This document shows, piece after piece, positions 11,171 to 23,456 of a stretch of 64,000 nucleotides of DNA. The translations under genes were made by a program, and so were the position numbers. This DNA comes from Guillardia theta CCMP2712. Its lineage: Eukaryota; Protista; Cryptophyta. The stretch's first letter is position 1. Each line of letters opens with the position of its first letter. The notes beneath the pieces were generated by a model. The model did no database searches. It saw only the letters and a program-made list of their open reading frames with translations, and had not been told where the DNA came from. Where the stretch lies: assembly GCF_000315625.1 (NCBI RefSeq), contig NW_005434671.1, positions 711,068 through 775,067 of the forward strand. The letters are read 5' to 3'.

Positions 11171-14100
11171 TCACTTTATACTTGCTCCGCCACCGGCACG
11201 ATACACTTCACTCAGCAGATTGCCTATTCGCATGCGAATGTCAGGTATATCCTTCTGACAAAAACTCGTTGCTGGGTTGCGGCCCGAAGCTATACAATCC
11301 GCTATCGCACATACAAATACTCCGCACGACGATCCGTCTGTCTGTCGCGGTACCTGTGTCCGGGATCAGTGTATACAACACGCCGTTTGGCAATTGATGT
11401 GGTCACCAGATCTGACGTAAACGAGTACACGTGTTGCCATTTAACCCTCAGTTTGTCTTGCATCCATGCTTCCAATAGCTGGTTTCCGGTAGATTGAGCT
11501 TCATTCAGTTGACGCTGCCATTCCATCTCTACAAAACCTGCGCGGTACATGTACGTGTTACAGCGACAATCCAATGCGCACCATGAACACGTCTCACATG
11601 CTATGTCCTTGGTACACTCCTTGTGCACGAGTTTCATGGAGTCATATAACCTGGTAACAACCGTCAATGACACTGTATGTCGCTGCTATGTCACAATTTC
11701 ATTACGTCACTGCCACATGACCAATGGATCTCAGATCAATGGTAACGAGGCCCCAATGCTTCTGATCTCTGAGTACTCCTCCCATCCTCTCCATGGTTGG
11801 GAGTTCGCTGGTTGTATCGTTACCTTCCACCCTGCTGGCCAGTTGCACAGAAAAGATAGGTATTAACACGATGTCAGTGGTTGGCCACCATATATCCTTG
11901 ATCCACTTCCGGCAACCCGCGTGTACGGAATTTGTCACCTGCAACGAATTTATCCCTCACACTGCAATCATCACTGGCACGTTACATTCTTCACGCACCT
12001 TATCTGCATCTCCACAGAGAGCGATTTCCTGAATCAACTTGGTGTAAAAGTATGTCCCACAGCAATGCACACTGATTCCTGATGCCTTGCGGGCCTGTAT
12101 GACACACAAAAACGCATCTATGATATCTCCTTTCAACCATCCACCATTCCTCACTGCATCCAAGTCTTCCAATGTAATGTCCGACTGGGAAATCATGTGT
12201 GTGCCCAACGAGACCATGTTCTTGACTTGGTTCACCACTACTGTATCCAGCCCAATGAATATTTCTCTCAGATATGCGCATTGTACTTTGGGCATCCCGT
12301 CATTTCCAGCTGTTATCTGGTTCTCCTCCGCATCTGTCTGCACTCCTACTGAAGTACCAGAAGCTCGAAGATTCTTCTGGGTTCTGCTGGATACATGGGA
12401 CTCACAAGGAATGTCAGCAGTGTCTGATGTGCACGAACGTTTGTTATGTCCGATAGCTTTGCATATCTTACATGTCTTCTTCAAATTTCCTTTCACAGTG
12501 TAAAATTTGCCATCCACAAACCCTGGCACTGCTTCCCCATGGAGTCGGATCGTTCCTTCTTCGTTGCGAAGGATCACTTGTTTACAATCATGGACACGCT
12601 TTCTTTTGGATCCTTGTCTCTTGGAGATTTTCTTGCCTTTTTCCCCATGTGATGGAATGCGACCAGGGAGGGAGCCAGGACAGGGAGCCTTGCTGGGCGG
12701 AGGAAGATAAGACTTGTCTGTGTGTTGCGGGCGGGGGACATCATCATTGTGTGGGGAATATCCAATACGGAATGTGCCTGAGTGTAACACGGCGTCGAGA
12801 AAAGTGTCTGTCAACCATATATCATCGTACAACTGCCGGACCATATCTTCATGTGGCTTCGCCAATCTTTGGTTGTATGCCTGGAATGCGGCGATTGCAT
12901 GTTGACATGGTCTTCCATTGACCTGCCAAAGACAACACAAAGAGCAGGTTTTTTTGGACAAGTCGACATGGCAGTCGGAGGACTCTTGGTTACGTTTGCC
13001 TGCCAAGATAACCACTGTGTCAGAGACGGAAGTAGCGTACAAATGTCTCGCTTGAGTTTGGAATATGACATGCTCTTCGTTGACTGCATCACTGATAAAC
13101 ATATCGGTGTAGATGCTAGCAGGCAGTTCATTCCTTCTTCGTGATATTTCATTGGCCAGATTCCGCATGTCATTCAAGCATGTCACCCACGCGCATGTAA
13201 CCTTCTGGAGAAATCCCAACGGGTGGTCATTCGTGGCGAGCATTCCGCGGAGACGAGAGTTTTCACTTTCACTGACATTGTTGCTCCGAATCCCATAGGT
13301 ACGAATGCCATGAAATTCTTTCAGAACTTGGGCCTCCCCCTGCATGTGTTCGGCAAGAAACACCCTCGACTACCAGGGTTGTGGCAAGAAACACCCTCGA
13401 CTACCAGGGTTGTTGTCACAATATAACTTCATCCAATTCGGTAAGATCTTGAATGTTTCCTCGTACTGTTCCCAAGTACCATATTCGAGGACAAAGCGTG
13501 CTTTCCAAACGTTGGCAGGGGAGGAATCAATACCGTGGGATGCTTTGAGCTGACGCAATAGTTCCTTCACCGTCATTCTCTTGCCACCACCACTTGAGCT
13601 TCCAGAGGACATTGAGATCATTTCCCGAAAAGGATGGAATTGAAGCAGGAACTTCACAGAAGCTTTGCCTGAGAACGTGCACATGTACTCATCGTGCTGC
13701 AGATGGCTGTCTGTAATGTTGACAGTGAAGAGAGGTACCATACTGCGTGATTTTTTCACTACGACACTGTACCTGCCAAGGTGGTTCCCTGTTAGTCAAG
13801 CTTTGCAAATCAATGACGGTGGAGATTTACCTGCACTTGGGCGAAAGACACTGTAGGGTATATGTTTCGAAGAGCGCCTCAAAATTTGGAATGCAACGAA
13901 CCCCTCTATTGCAGAACTCGAAGTTGACACCTTTGATGTAAGCAGTGCATTCTTGCCTACTCTCCCAAACCTTGCCGGTGAACAAGTCAGCGTGATTCAG
14001 AAGCAGGCCGCCCTGGCAAGTTGCGTGAACACCATGCCCTGCATCCGCCGTGTTGTGCCCACGAGATGCAGATGAGCCCTCACAATGATCCTTCAAGTTT

Positions 14101-14525
14101 GAGCAGGAACCGCCAGAGAATGTCGTTGCCGGGGTGCCAACGGGGGAGGAATCAATGCCTTTGCCAACTGGAAAGGGTGATCCCGAGGGTTTGGTAGTAG
14201 AATCTGAAGTATGCAGGACGTCAGCTGGTTGTGTAAGCCGCCTGGAAGCAGTAGTAGGACACAAAATGCTATACAGCTTGTTCACCCTGGTGAATAACGG
14301 TGTAGTGTCGCTGACGGGCACACCAAGCAAAGAGTATCCTTGACGAATCACCTCATTCATCGGGACTGTCCGATCCAGTTGCAGTTGGAATCGAATAGAA
14401 TCAATTCTGTCTACAAGAGGAATTGTTTCATACTGGTCATAGTCATGTGAGTCGTGTTCAAGACAGGATGATTCAACTCTCCCCTGCTGCCAGGCAGCCA
14501 TCACTGTGTTTATGCGAGGTGACAC
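11171..14525 (-). pseudogene. MuDRA-like transposase fused to a C48/Ulp1 peptidase; disrupted at about 13350-13413
   Basis: N-terminal Zn DNA-binding region (CLSPKC...HLQHDEYMC), NNPGS, YGIRSNNVSESEN (catalytic E region), SWIM (CSLCCLWQVNGRPCQHA), zinc knuckle (CKICKAIGHNKRSC), and Ulp1 motifs WLKGDIIDAF, TYFYTKL, HWGLV, LYDS, PRQTDGSSCGVFVC. The frame breaks at a 31-bp duplication. Confidence 0.85.
13352..13413 (+). repeat. 31-bp tandem duplication inside the transposase
   Basis: ggcaagaaacaccctcgactaccagggttgt x2. Confidence 0.9.
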
Positions 14526-16239
14526 CCCTCCAATGCCTTAGGGCCAGCCACTAGAAGAAGGGGGTGGATGGAGCAATGAAGGGGTGACAGTGACACTATG
14601 AAGGGGTGGGTACAAGTACCCTGCATCATCCCTATCAAACCCCTGGGTTTAAGGGGGTGATCAGTTTCTTGGAGGGGTCGTGGAGTTGGGGTGGGTACAT
14701 ATAGTATCTGATTATTAACCTGTACTAGTACCCCTCATCTCCTCTCTGTACGATAGTAATAGGGGTGGGGTGTGCTGTATAATCAGATTATTGTTGTGAT
14801 CGTACAAAATACTATAAGGTAATTGTATAAATCTCGCTGTGTAAAATATGAACGTTTCAATTAAATGACATATAAAACATTGATGTATCCAAAAAGTGCC
14901 ATACAATTTCAAAATACATGTTTCTCTTGCAGTATTTTGTGAAAGAATTTGATAAAAGTGTTGATAATAACATTAGTTGCCCCTCCTACACCAGACCCCA
15001 CCCTATGGACCCAATCTCTCCACATGGAACCACCCCTCGTTGTATTTATCATAATTATACACAAAAAATCATAAATGTACCCAATGTTATAGATATTTTT
15101 GACCGAAGTTGATAAAACAATTGTAAGAATAGATATATGAGCTGGTCTGTCCGAGTAAAATGTTTTTGTCGCAGTTTATATCATTATAAATATTATATAT
15201 AATTTTAAACTTCACAAAACATTATTAAAGTCACGTTTTAAGTCTGGCAGTCAGACGTGTGAGAGGGTGGGGTGTTGCACTTCAGGAAGACAGGGGTGGG
15301 GGTGGGTGGGCGGCTAAACCGACCTTGTAGGGGTGCCTTCAGGCTTCTCAATCGACGCAAGGGGGGGTGGGATAGGTAAGGTGGCGGAGGGGGTGGTGAG
15401 TGGTAAACTCGAGGAGGGAAGGGTGGGGTTGAATGCGGGTGGGGGAGTGAGGGTTTTTGCGGACGGCGTAATCGATGTTGGTGGGAGGGAGTAAAATGGT
15501 GGAAGGGGAGGCAGGGAGAGAGGAGAGCGAGGAGGAGAGCGAGGATAGAAAGGAAAGGGATCAGTTGGCAAAAAGGGAGGGGGCGGGGGCAAGAGGGAGG
15601 GAGGGAGGGAGGGAGGGAGGGAGGGAAGAGATGAGAGGTGTTTACCGGGCAAAGGAGGCGAGATCTGCACTATGGTACAGGGGGAGCGGAATGACATGAA
15701 AGGAGAGAATGAGATGATATGAAGACAGCCAGGGAATGAGATAGATGAGGGAAGTTGTTTTAGATTTGTTCAAAGGACACGGACTATGGAGGTGAGAATA
15801 CAACTTGAGAGGAGGGTTGGAAGGGGTTTATGTGGTAAAAGTTTTACGCAGACGCAGTGAGATAGATGCAATGGAGAAGGAACGTAATAAGAGGGGCAAG
15901 AGGGATGGGGGAGAGAATTATACGAGAGAGGCCAGGGTTATGAATGACAGAACGATCTGGAGCAGGCTACTCATATCGCTGGATTTGAACCAGACAGACT
16001 TGCACCAACAAATGCATAGAGTAGATCTATGTTGATCCGATCGTTTTTGAATCTATCATTCATGTCGGATGATTTTTAAGAAATGGAAGATGATACGAGC
16101 AAGAAACATGTTCGTTGATTATATATGTTTTATTTTGCACACCTACTCACTGAAGGTTTGCTGACTTCCCGTTACAGTTCGAACTTTCGTTAGAAAACGG
16201 CATAGATGGAACTTCAATTTATCTAAAGCTTTCTGGCAA

Positions 16240-17988
16240 ATGCTTCACAACGCTTATTTTTACCACCATGCACGTCCTGAAAAGAGACATCAAGTTGCAA
16301 GGGCGTGTGCTCGTTGTCGAAGGCTAAAATTGAAATGCGTGGAGAAATTCCCATGCTCAAGGTGCGAAAGGAGGATTCTCGAGACTCATCTCGAACAGAA
16401 GCAGATCAATGGCATATGCGCAGACTGCGAGGAGGCAATGCGTGGAAACGAACGTTTCCGGATTGTTCTTTCCAATGAATACGGGGGACCAGAGAGGCCG
16501 ATCATTTTTCGAGGCAACTGCATCGAGCTGACGAATCAGAAGAAGAAAGCTGCTCAACTGATCCTACCTTTGTTGCGAGTTCCGTGTGCTTACACGATGA
16601 TCCATCGGTACAGTGAGGCGGGATTCTCCGTGAGGGATATTTGCAACATCTTCAATCACATCCCAGCTGAGCTTGCGAGTGTGCTCGAAGAAGGGTTGAG
16701 GGCCATGCAAAGGAATGCGCCATTGGTCCTTCCTGTGGCAGGTGAGAAGAGAATGCCGGGAAGTGAAAATGCGATGCAATTCCATGAAAAGAGACTGCTC
16801 GACAACATCAAAGACTTTGGGTGCGTTCGGCTGGAGTGGAATAAAGAGGGGGAGCGAGAATCAGTATACTTCAACGACGTATTTGCGCTGCTGGCAGGAG
16901 CACATAAAGAGGAGCTCTTGTCAAGAGCTGCATCTTGCGAGCTTCCGCTGCCTATGACAGAATTGGATCTTATCTGCACCATTCTGGATGACGTGCTGCG
17001 TTGTGGTTCGTCAACGATCACTCGCTATGTCAGGTGGCGCGTCGGATTTGTGAATGGAGGGCAAGGGCAAGCAGCATTCCTGAAATGGACGAGGAACAAG
17101 AGCATTTCACCGGCTCAGGGGATCGAAAACGCGCTGCACAGTTTCTCTTTCGTTACCCCAGAGGAGTATGATTGGGCAATGCACACGACTCCCGAGCTGT
17201 GTCGACCTCTCATGTGGGAGCTCGGAGATTTCCGCTCTGCCTCTTCCTGTCTCAATGATATTGGAAAAGATTGGCACGATATGCGCATCTCCGATTTGCA
17301 GAGCTCAGATCACGGTCGGCATCTGCTCTCGAGGCTCACGGAGTTGGTGAGATTGAAGTTCGCTCCGTTTGTGAGGGCGGCCAACATGGTTCAGATGGAA
17401 CAGTCAGAGGGCCATAGACATGTCCCTGCGTGCCCTCAAACAGTCGGAGCAGCTCAACTTTGCGAGATGCCGCTGGCGGTGCCTCATCCTACGGCGGTCA
17501 TGATTCAGGGGTGGATGCAGGCATCAGCGATCTGCCAGGGCGAGAGGGACCTTCAGTTTGTGTCGCCGCATCCTTGCGGACCAGCGGCGTCACAGCTGGG
17601 CTGCGGACCAGCGGCGTCACAGCTGGGCTGCGCATCGCAGGCCATGGAGACGAACGCACTGAGTGCAGGTATCTTGCCTTGCATCCTCCAGAACCCGCAC
17701 GACGCAGAGAAGTTCGTCTCTGATATGTCAGCAAACGTGCGACAGAACGTCTCTGATATGTCAGCAAACGTGCGACAGAACGATCTGAATTCCTTCGACT
17801 CTATCAACCACAAGTGGCCCATCAAGAACGACAAAGAGGAACACACAAGCCAACGCGACGTCTCACATTACACAGTTTCATCCGAGGCAAACATGGCTCT
17901 GAATCATTCTGTTGCATTTTCTGTCCTCAAATCAACAGAGCTGCGGCTGGAAAGGTCGCATGTCTTCCTGTCTCCCAGGAATGTTTAG
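16240..17988 (+). CDS. Zn(II)2Cys6-like zinc-cluster transcription factor
   Basis: 582-aa ORF with N-terminal ARACARCRRLKLKCVEKFPCSRC; C-terminal internal repeats GCGPAASQL x2 and VSDMSANVRQN x2. Confidence 0.75.
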   Translation: MLHNAYFYHHARPEKRHQVARACARCRRLKLKCVEKFPCSRCERRILETHLEQKQINGICADCEEAMRGNERFRIVLSNEYGGPERPIIFRGNCIELTNQKKKAAQLILPLLRVPCAYTMIHRYSEAGFSVRDICNIFNHIPAELASVLEEGLRAMQRNAPLVLPVAGEKRMPGSENAMQFHEKRLLDNIKDFGCVRLEWNKEGERESVYFNDVFALLAGAHKEELLSRAASCELPLPMTELDLICTILDDVLRCGSSTITRYVRWRVGFVNGGQGQAAFLKWTRNKSISPAQGIENALHSFSFVTPEEYDWAMHTTPELCRPLMWELGDFRSASSCLNDIGKDWHDMRISDLQSSDHGRHLLSRLTELVRLKFAPFVRAANMVQMEQSEGHRHVPACPQTVGAAQLCEMPLAVPHPTAVMIQGWMQASAICQGERDLQFVSPHPCGPAASQLGCGPAASQLGCASQAMETNALSAGILPCILQNPHDAEKFVSDMSANVRQNVSDMSANVRQNDLNSFDSINHKWPIKNDKEEHTSQRDVSHYTVSSEANMALNHSVAFSVLKSTELRLERSHVFLSPRNV

Positions 17989-19710
17989 AGTGATGACACT
18001 TTTGCAGGTTTTCCCAAGACTTGCAGTGCGAGTTTGGACAGTTCGGGGGCCTCGAAGATCCTCTCGAGGCGATTCTCCCTCGCCTGGACTAGTTTGACTC
18101 TTCCGTTCCGAGACTTTATGGACATAATGAACAAGTGAAATCCAGACGGATTCATTTCAACCAACGACTTGGCAAGGGTGGGGTCACACCCACTGCCTGT
18201 CCGCTTTCTTCGCAGCTCGAGCTTGTTGTGTCTCTGAATCCTGACTAGACGTCAAGCCTCAAAGCGTTGAGAAGTGATTGAACCTTCGCCTGCCGTCTTG
18301 CCATGATCCCCGCGAAGTACCTATCTCTATCCTTGTCCAGCTGTAGCCCTTGATTACACGTGGCACAAGGAGAGCAGAGGCACCTGCTCGTCGTCCACCT
18401 CCCTTGTCTTTCCCGCATGTCTTGGCCTCGCATCCTGCAATCCTTCTACCCTCTTCTTAGGCGGAGGGAGGATAGGACGAGCCTGCAGCGAGAGCAACGA
18501 TCAAATTAGTGAAGGTCACACCACACGAGTAACCCTCGGTGTTGGGTCGGCATCTTGCATCACCAGCTTCCTTGTGACCTGAGCACGAGAGTGGAAGTCA
18601 CGTCAAACTCGCTCTGTCGCTCCCTATCTCTCTCTACCATGGGAGCCGGATCCGCATCTTCTATCACCACATCATCCACATCCTGCCTCCTGGAGTGCCG
18701 CAGGCTTCGACTGCAACTGTCCGTTCACCAAGAATGGGATGGTGGGTGACAAGGGGCTTTCGACGCACCTGGATGACACCAGCGACGGCGGCCTTTTGCT
18801 CTCCCTCAGAGCACGTGCCAACTGATTCCGCTCCTGGTCCGATCTCAGCGCCTGTGCCCCTCAAGAGATGCAGAGCTGACCTCGTCTCGTGATCTTGGGG
18901 CGGGCAGATCACTTGCTCTCCGCCTCGCCATGCTGTCATCTTCCTCAGAGTCTCCGTCGCTCTCCAAGTCATCAACAATCTGCGATGGAAGGCTTCGCTT
19001 CAGGGAACTCCAGGCAGCACAGGCTCCTCACATCGATAGGGTCCCACTCGTCATCCTCATCGTCCTCGTCGTCATTCCCTCCATCGAGATATGCCTGCAT
19101 GCGAGCACGAGGGAGAGGAACGTCAGTCAGGGGGGGAGCAGGGTCGCGGGCTGGCACCTGGTTGTCATGAGAAGAATCGTCCATGGTGAAGGCTTTCATC
19201 ATGGCCTGCAGCCTTGTGCTGGGAAACCCAGTGAATAATCCCTCCAGTCGGGCAGCTGCTAAACAAGTACCTCTGCTGTCCTTTCAGACGCACCCTCTCT
19301 CCCTGCGGGTTGGAGGTGTCGATGATCACTTGGGTGTCCACGGGCTGGGGGGACGAGGAGAGTCAGGGAGGCATGCAGTTGACATCATGCAGAAGAACCT
19401 GAGAGCTGAGCTGCGAAACATGCCCCCCCTCCAGCAGGACTGCTCGTTTGAAGTCATCCAAAAACCTGACGGCCGCATCCCATCAAACTCCAGGAGGATG
19501 GAGGATCAACTCACTGTGCATCTCTCTGCTTTCTGTACTCCTTCTCGCGTTCGAAGCTTCGCTTGCTATCCTGAGGAATGGTGTCAACCAGGATCACAGT
19601 ATCCCTATGGCATCAAGGAGAAGTTGCAAATGAACAAGCGGAGAGACTGTGTAATAAGTTTTGACCCACCCTAATAGCTCTCTCCATCGCTGCATTCTCG
19701 TAGTCCATCT
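17985..19710 (-). CDS. Hypothetical multi-exon acidic protein (boundaries uncertain)
   Basis: Exon-like segments (MMKAFTMDDSSHDNQ|AYLDGGNDDEDDEDDEWDPID|IVDDLESDGDSEEDD..., DRDRYFAGIMARRQAK) separated by GT-AG introns. Confidence 0.45.
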
Positions 19711-19944
19711 TGAAGATTGAAAGCAAGAGAATAGGCTAGTATCCTCGATTCAAAGGCAGCATTTCCTGGTGGAAGGTGCGTTACTGAATTTCAGAAACCA
19801 CATGCATTCATCCAGATGACGCTTGTTTTGTCGGAATATCCAAACTTTCATGATTGTTTACCCGCACTCTGACTGTTACATTACTGGCTACCAAGGCATA
19901 ACACTAGCTGCCTTCTCCTTCCAGTCTTCCGATCGCATGTTGTC

Positions 19945-20160
19945 TCCTGCCCCTTCTTCTGTTCCTCCTCCTGCTCCTGCACCTCGTGCACCTCCTTCTC
20001 CTCCTCCTTCTCCTCCTCCTCCTTCTCCTTCTCCTGCTTCTCCTGCTTCTCCTGCTCCTGCTCCTGCTCCTGATCCTGCTCCTCCTCCTCCTCCTCCTCC
20101 TCCTGCTCCTCCTGCTTCTCCTGCTTCTCCTGCTTCTCCTTCTCCTCCTCCTCCTCAGGG
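19945..20160 (+). repeat. (CCT/GCT/TCT)n trinucleotide low-complexity tract
   Basis: Produces poly-L, poly-P and poly-E/Q translations in different frames. Confidence 0.85.
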
Positions 20161-20313
20161 CACCTCCTGCTCCTTGCCGTCGGGAAGATCAGCGGTTTCA
20201 ATCCGTAACGTGCGATTTCCAATCTCTCTATATTAGCTTTTCTAATTTCTTATATTCTATGAGCTAATTTAATTTCTTTGTCAAAGTTCCGTTAATCAAA
20301 TTTCTTTCCCGCA

Positions 20314-23144
20314 ATGCTCAGGGCGGGAGGTCAACGGAGGGAGCCGATGCGAGCATGGCAAGCGGCGACCCCACAGAGAGACTCCAGAGCTCACCAGCAG
20401 GACAAGATTCAGGAGGAGAGGCTGGCGAGCGAGCAGCAGGTAGTTCGCCGCCTGTTGTGCGTGTGGCTGACATGGGCCGGTTTTAGGGGGCGGGTGGTGC
20501 GAAGGTCGAGATCATGGTCGTGGAGTCGCCGCAAGACGCAGAGAAGCACGACAACGGTTACGAATACATCGACCCAAGGAGGATACAATCTCCCACAAGG
20601 AGGTCGATGGGTAACATGGAGCGAAGGCATTTCCAAGAAGACCTGCACATGCTACCTTCCGACGGAGGGTTAGCCGGGGACATGGGGGAGAAGGTGAGTT
20701 TCTTCTACTTGCAGATGGAGATGCTCTGACTGGGAGTCGTCAGTTCTGTGATGTCTGGGATACTTCGCACACCCCATTGAAGTCGAGGAGGAGGAGCGGA
20801 AAGAGGGCGGACCACATGAGTGAGATCTTGTCGGGAACCCCGGACAGGTCTGCTCCCAGCCGACATGGCAGGGAATGGCAGAGCCCTCCAGACGCGTCGA
20901 GGAGGGAGGAGACAAGATCTTCGCTGCAGAAAGATCGCGACCACTCAGATGTGCAGCATGCCATGAAGAGCGACGTGAAGATGCGACCGTACGAGAATGC
21001 GAGGGAGGGGCCTGACACGCATCCAACGAGGAACAAGGGCGAACGGCTCAGGAGCATCCTCAGGATACAAGACTCTACTTGCAGTGGAAGTGTCGACTGG
21101 CAAGACTTCAAGTTTGCCCTCCACGAAGCTGGAATCCAACTGAATGCGCAAGACACTACTGCGATGTGGCAGAAATCCGGAGGTTCCATCGATGGCAACG
21201 GTAGTCCCCTGGGCAGAACCTCGATCGACACGATCTTGCAGGAAGTCAGTGGTCAAAACCACAGGAGGTCAGAGTTCAAATCTAGCGAGAAGGCGTACAA
21301 TGAAGGAAGAAGATATTCTGCACACATGCAAAGCAATCTGACAACGGGGATGGCTGTCAACCATTCCGCCAGTGAGTTTGAATGTACAGGTGGTGGAATG
21401 AAGAAAGGTCGTTTACCTATCTCTTACGCCTGGCAGCATGGGTCTCTCAACAGTGGTGTGAAGGATAGACAATTCCTTGAAGTGCAACATTTAAGCCATG
21501 AATACGACACCATGGCTCGTTGGACCAAGAATGAGAGCAAATTGAAAGATGACTTTTTGCTGAAGAGGAACCAAATCAAGCGACTTTTCTCTACTGAGAC
21601 TGAAGAGCCAAAGAGTTTGGGATTTGAAGAGTTCCGCAATGGCATCAAGCAAGTTGGAATCATCGTATCGGATCATGATTGCGAACGAATTTGGAGGAGG
21701 GTCGACAAAGAGTGTCTTGGACAAGTGAGTTTTGATCAGATGGTCAACGCATTTGATCTGACAGGAAGAGAAGCATCGGCAAGAACCTCTCTGTCAACAC
21801 AGAACCATGGCAAGGACGTGAACAGCCCTGTAATTCTGAGGAAACTAAAGGAAGATCATGATCCCAACAAGTTGTCCACTGACAAAGTTTCGCTTTCGAT
21901 TGTCAACGATGCACCAAGAGGGAGCATTTTGAAATCGTTGCAGAAGTCTTTGAACAAGCAGAGGATTACCCAGAGGGATTTCTCCGATGCTCTTGCATCT
22001 GCTGGGCTTGTGGTGAATCAGACTGACTGTAACGAGCTGTACAAGAGAGCTGGAGGAGGCATAATGAGGCCCTACGTCTCCATGGAGAACATCGAGGAGG
22101 CGATTCTATCAGCCTCAGCAGTGCAGAAGCCTGGTGCCGATGTGGCGATCTTCTGCTTCAGCTCCAAGGAGGGGATGTATCATCGCGAGAGCAACCCGCA
22201 CCCCCAGGAAGGCTCGCGGGATGCCCTGTTGACGCAGGCTTGTCAAAAATTGACGTCGGGGTGCCTGAAGAATCCTCATCGTCTAGTGCAGGTATGTGAC
22301 ATTCACTGTCATCGCAATCTCTCATCCCGTGGCCCCTTCCGAAGGTGTTCAAGAAGTTCGATGTGGATAGGCTTGGCTTCATCAGCAGGATGGAGTTCGA
22401 GCGAGGACTCCTGTCGCATGGAATTTCACTTTCGCCGGGTGACATTCAAAGGCTCTCGATGGTAGACAGGAGCAGCTCGTGTTCCTCCTTGACCTGCTTG
22501 TGCAGGAAGCGTCCAACAAGAACGGGATGGTCGTCTACGAGGATTTCGTCTCCAAGGTTTTTGCCGTGCAGCAGCACTTGGAGCAGGGCGGAGGCAAGGA
22601 ACATGCCCCTTTACGTACGTCAATCCTCTCTCGCTCTACACCAGCAGTGCTGACGTTGATGGATCAGCGAGTCCCTCCCATGACGCCCCGAGGAGCAACC
22701 AGCTGAGCAGCACAGTGATCCCTCACCCTTGCTATCTCTTTTCCCTGACCTCCTGTGGTCCCAGGTGCACTCCGAGAGGAGCCGTTCCTCAGTCCGCAGT
22801 GAGAGGTCCACGTCGTCGGTGAATTCTTCCCTAGGAGGACGAGACTCGACGTCTCGCTCGGCCTGGATGAACGAGTCTTCCGTCAACCATGGGTGAGAGC
22901 GGCCGCTGCCTCCCCTCTTCTCTCCCCTCAAGTTGCTGTTTTCAGGCATCGCGGTCCGATCAGAGCTCGCTCTGCCTCCCCTGCACGTCCCTGTCGCGTT
23001 TCCGTGCAGTTTGAAGACACGGGCGGTGCCAGCGCAGCAGCGCCTGTGCGCAGCTCACTGGTTGGGCCTTCGAGCTGCAAAATCCTTCACCTGGCCGCTG
23101 CTCCTCCGGTCGCGATCCACCGACCGAGAGCCGCAGCGAACTGA
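20314..23144 (+). CDS. Multi-EF-hand protein (EFCAB-like), multi-exon; 3' end uncertain
   Basis: EF-hand-like loops DSTCSGSVDWQDF, DKECLGQVSFDQM, FKKFDVDRLGFISRMEF and NKNGMVVYEDF. Confidence 0.7.
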
Positions 23145-23456
23145 ATCAGATGAACTTGAATAATTATTCTTTGAACGGCTGAATGAAAAGATTATGTATG
23201 ATATGAACCAGCCGTACTCTTTACTCAACTGAGTTAAGTTAAAAATCAGTGCGAGGACAATAGTCGGGCCCGGCTCGGGGCCCCGGCCCGCTAGGCGTCC
23301 TGCGAGGGTAACCAGGGAAGTTGGTAGACCACGCGTCAAATGCGGAAGCAGTAGAGGCTGCAGTAGAGGTAGAAGGGACAAGGATGGAGAAGACTGCTGC
23401 AAGGATGAACAGAGCAGGAGTCTAGCCTCAACTTGAGGGTTGGGGGTAAGCTTACG

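Larger units (their letters stand above)
10079..14982 (-). mobile_element. Mutator-like DNA transposon (MULE) carrying a Ulp1 protease domain; internally deleted
   Basis: The left end GGGCAATTAATGTTATTATCAACACTTT is the reverse complement (1 mismatch) of the right end AAAGTGTTGATAATAACATTAGTTGCCC. A perfect 9-bp TSD CTCCTACAC lies at 10070-10078 and 14983-14991. Internal MuDRA-like ORFs are present. Confidence 0.93.

Noticed and set aside
19823-20267. Poly-P, poly-L and poly-E ORFs
   Set aside because: Translations of a trinucleotide low-complexity tract, with no supporting gene structure.
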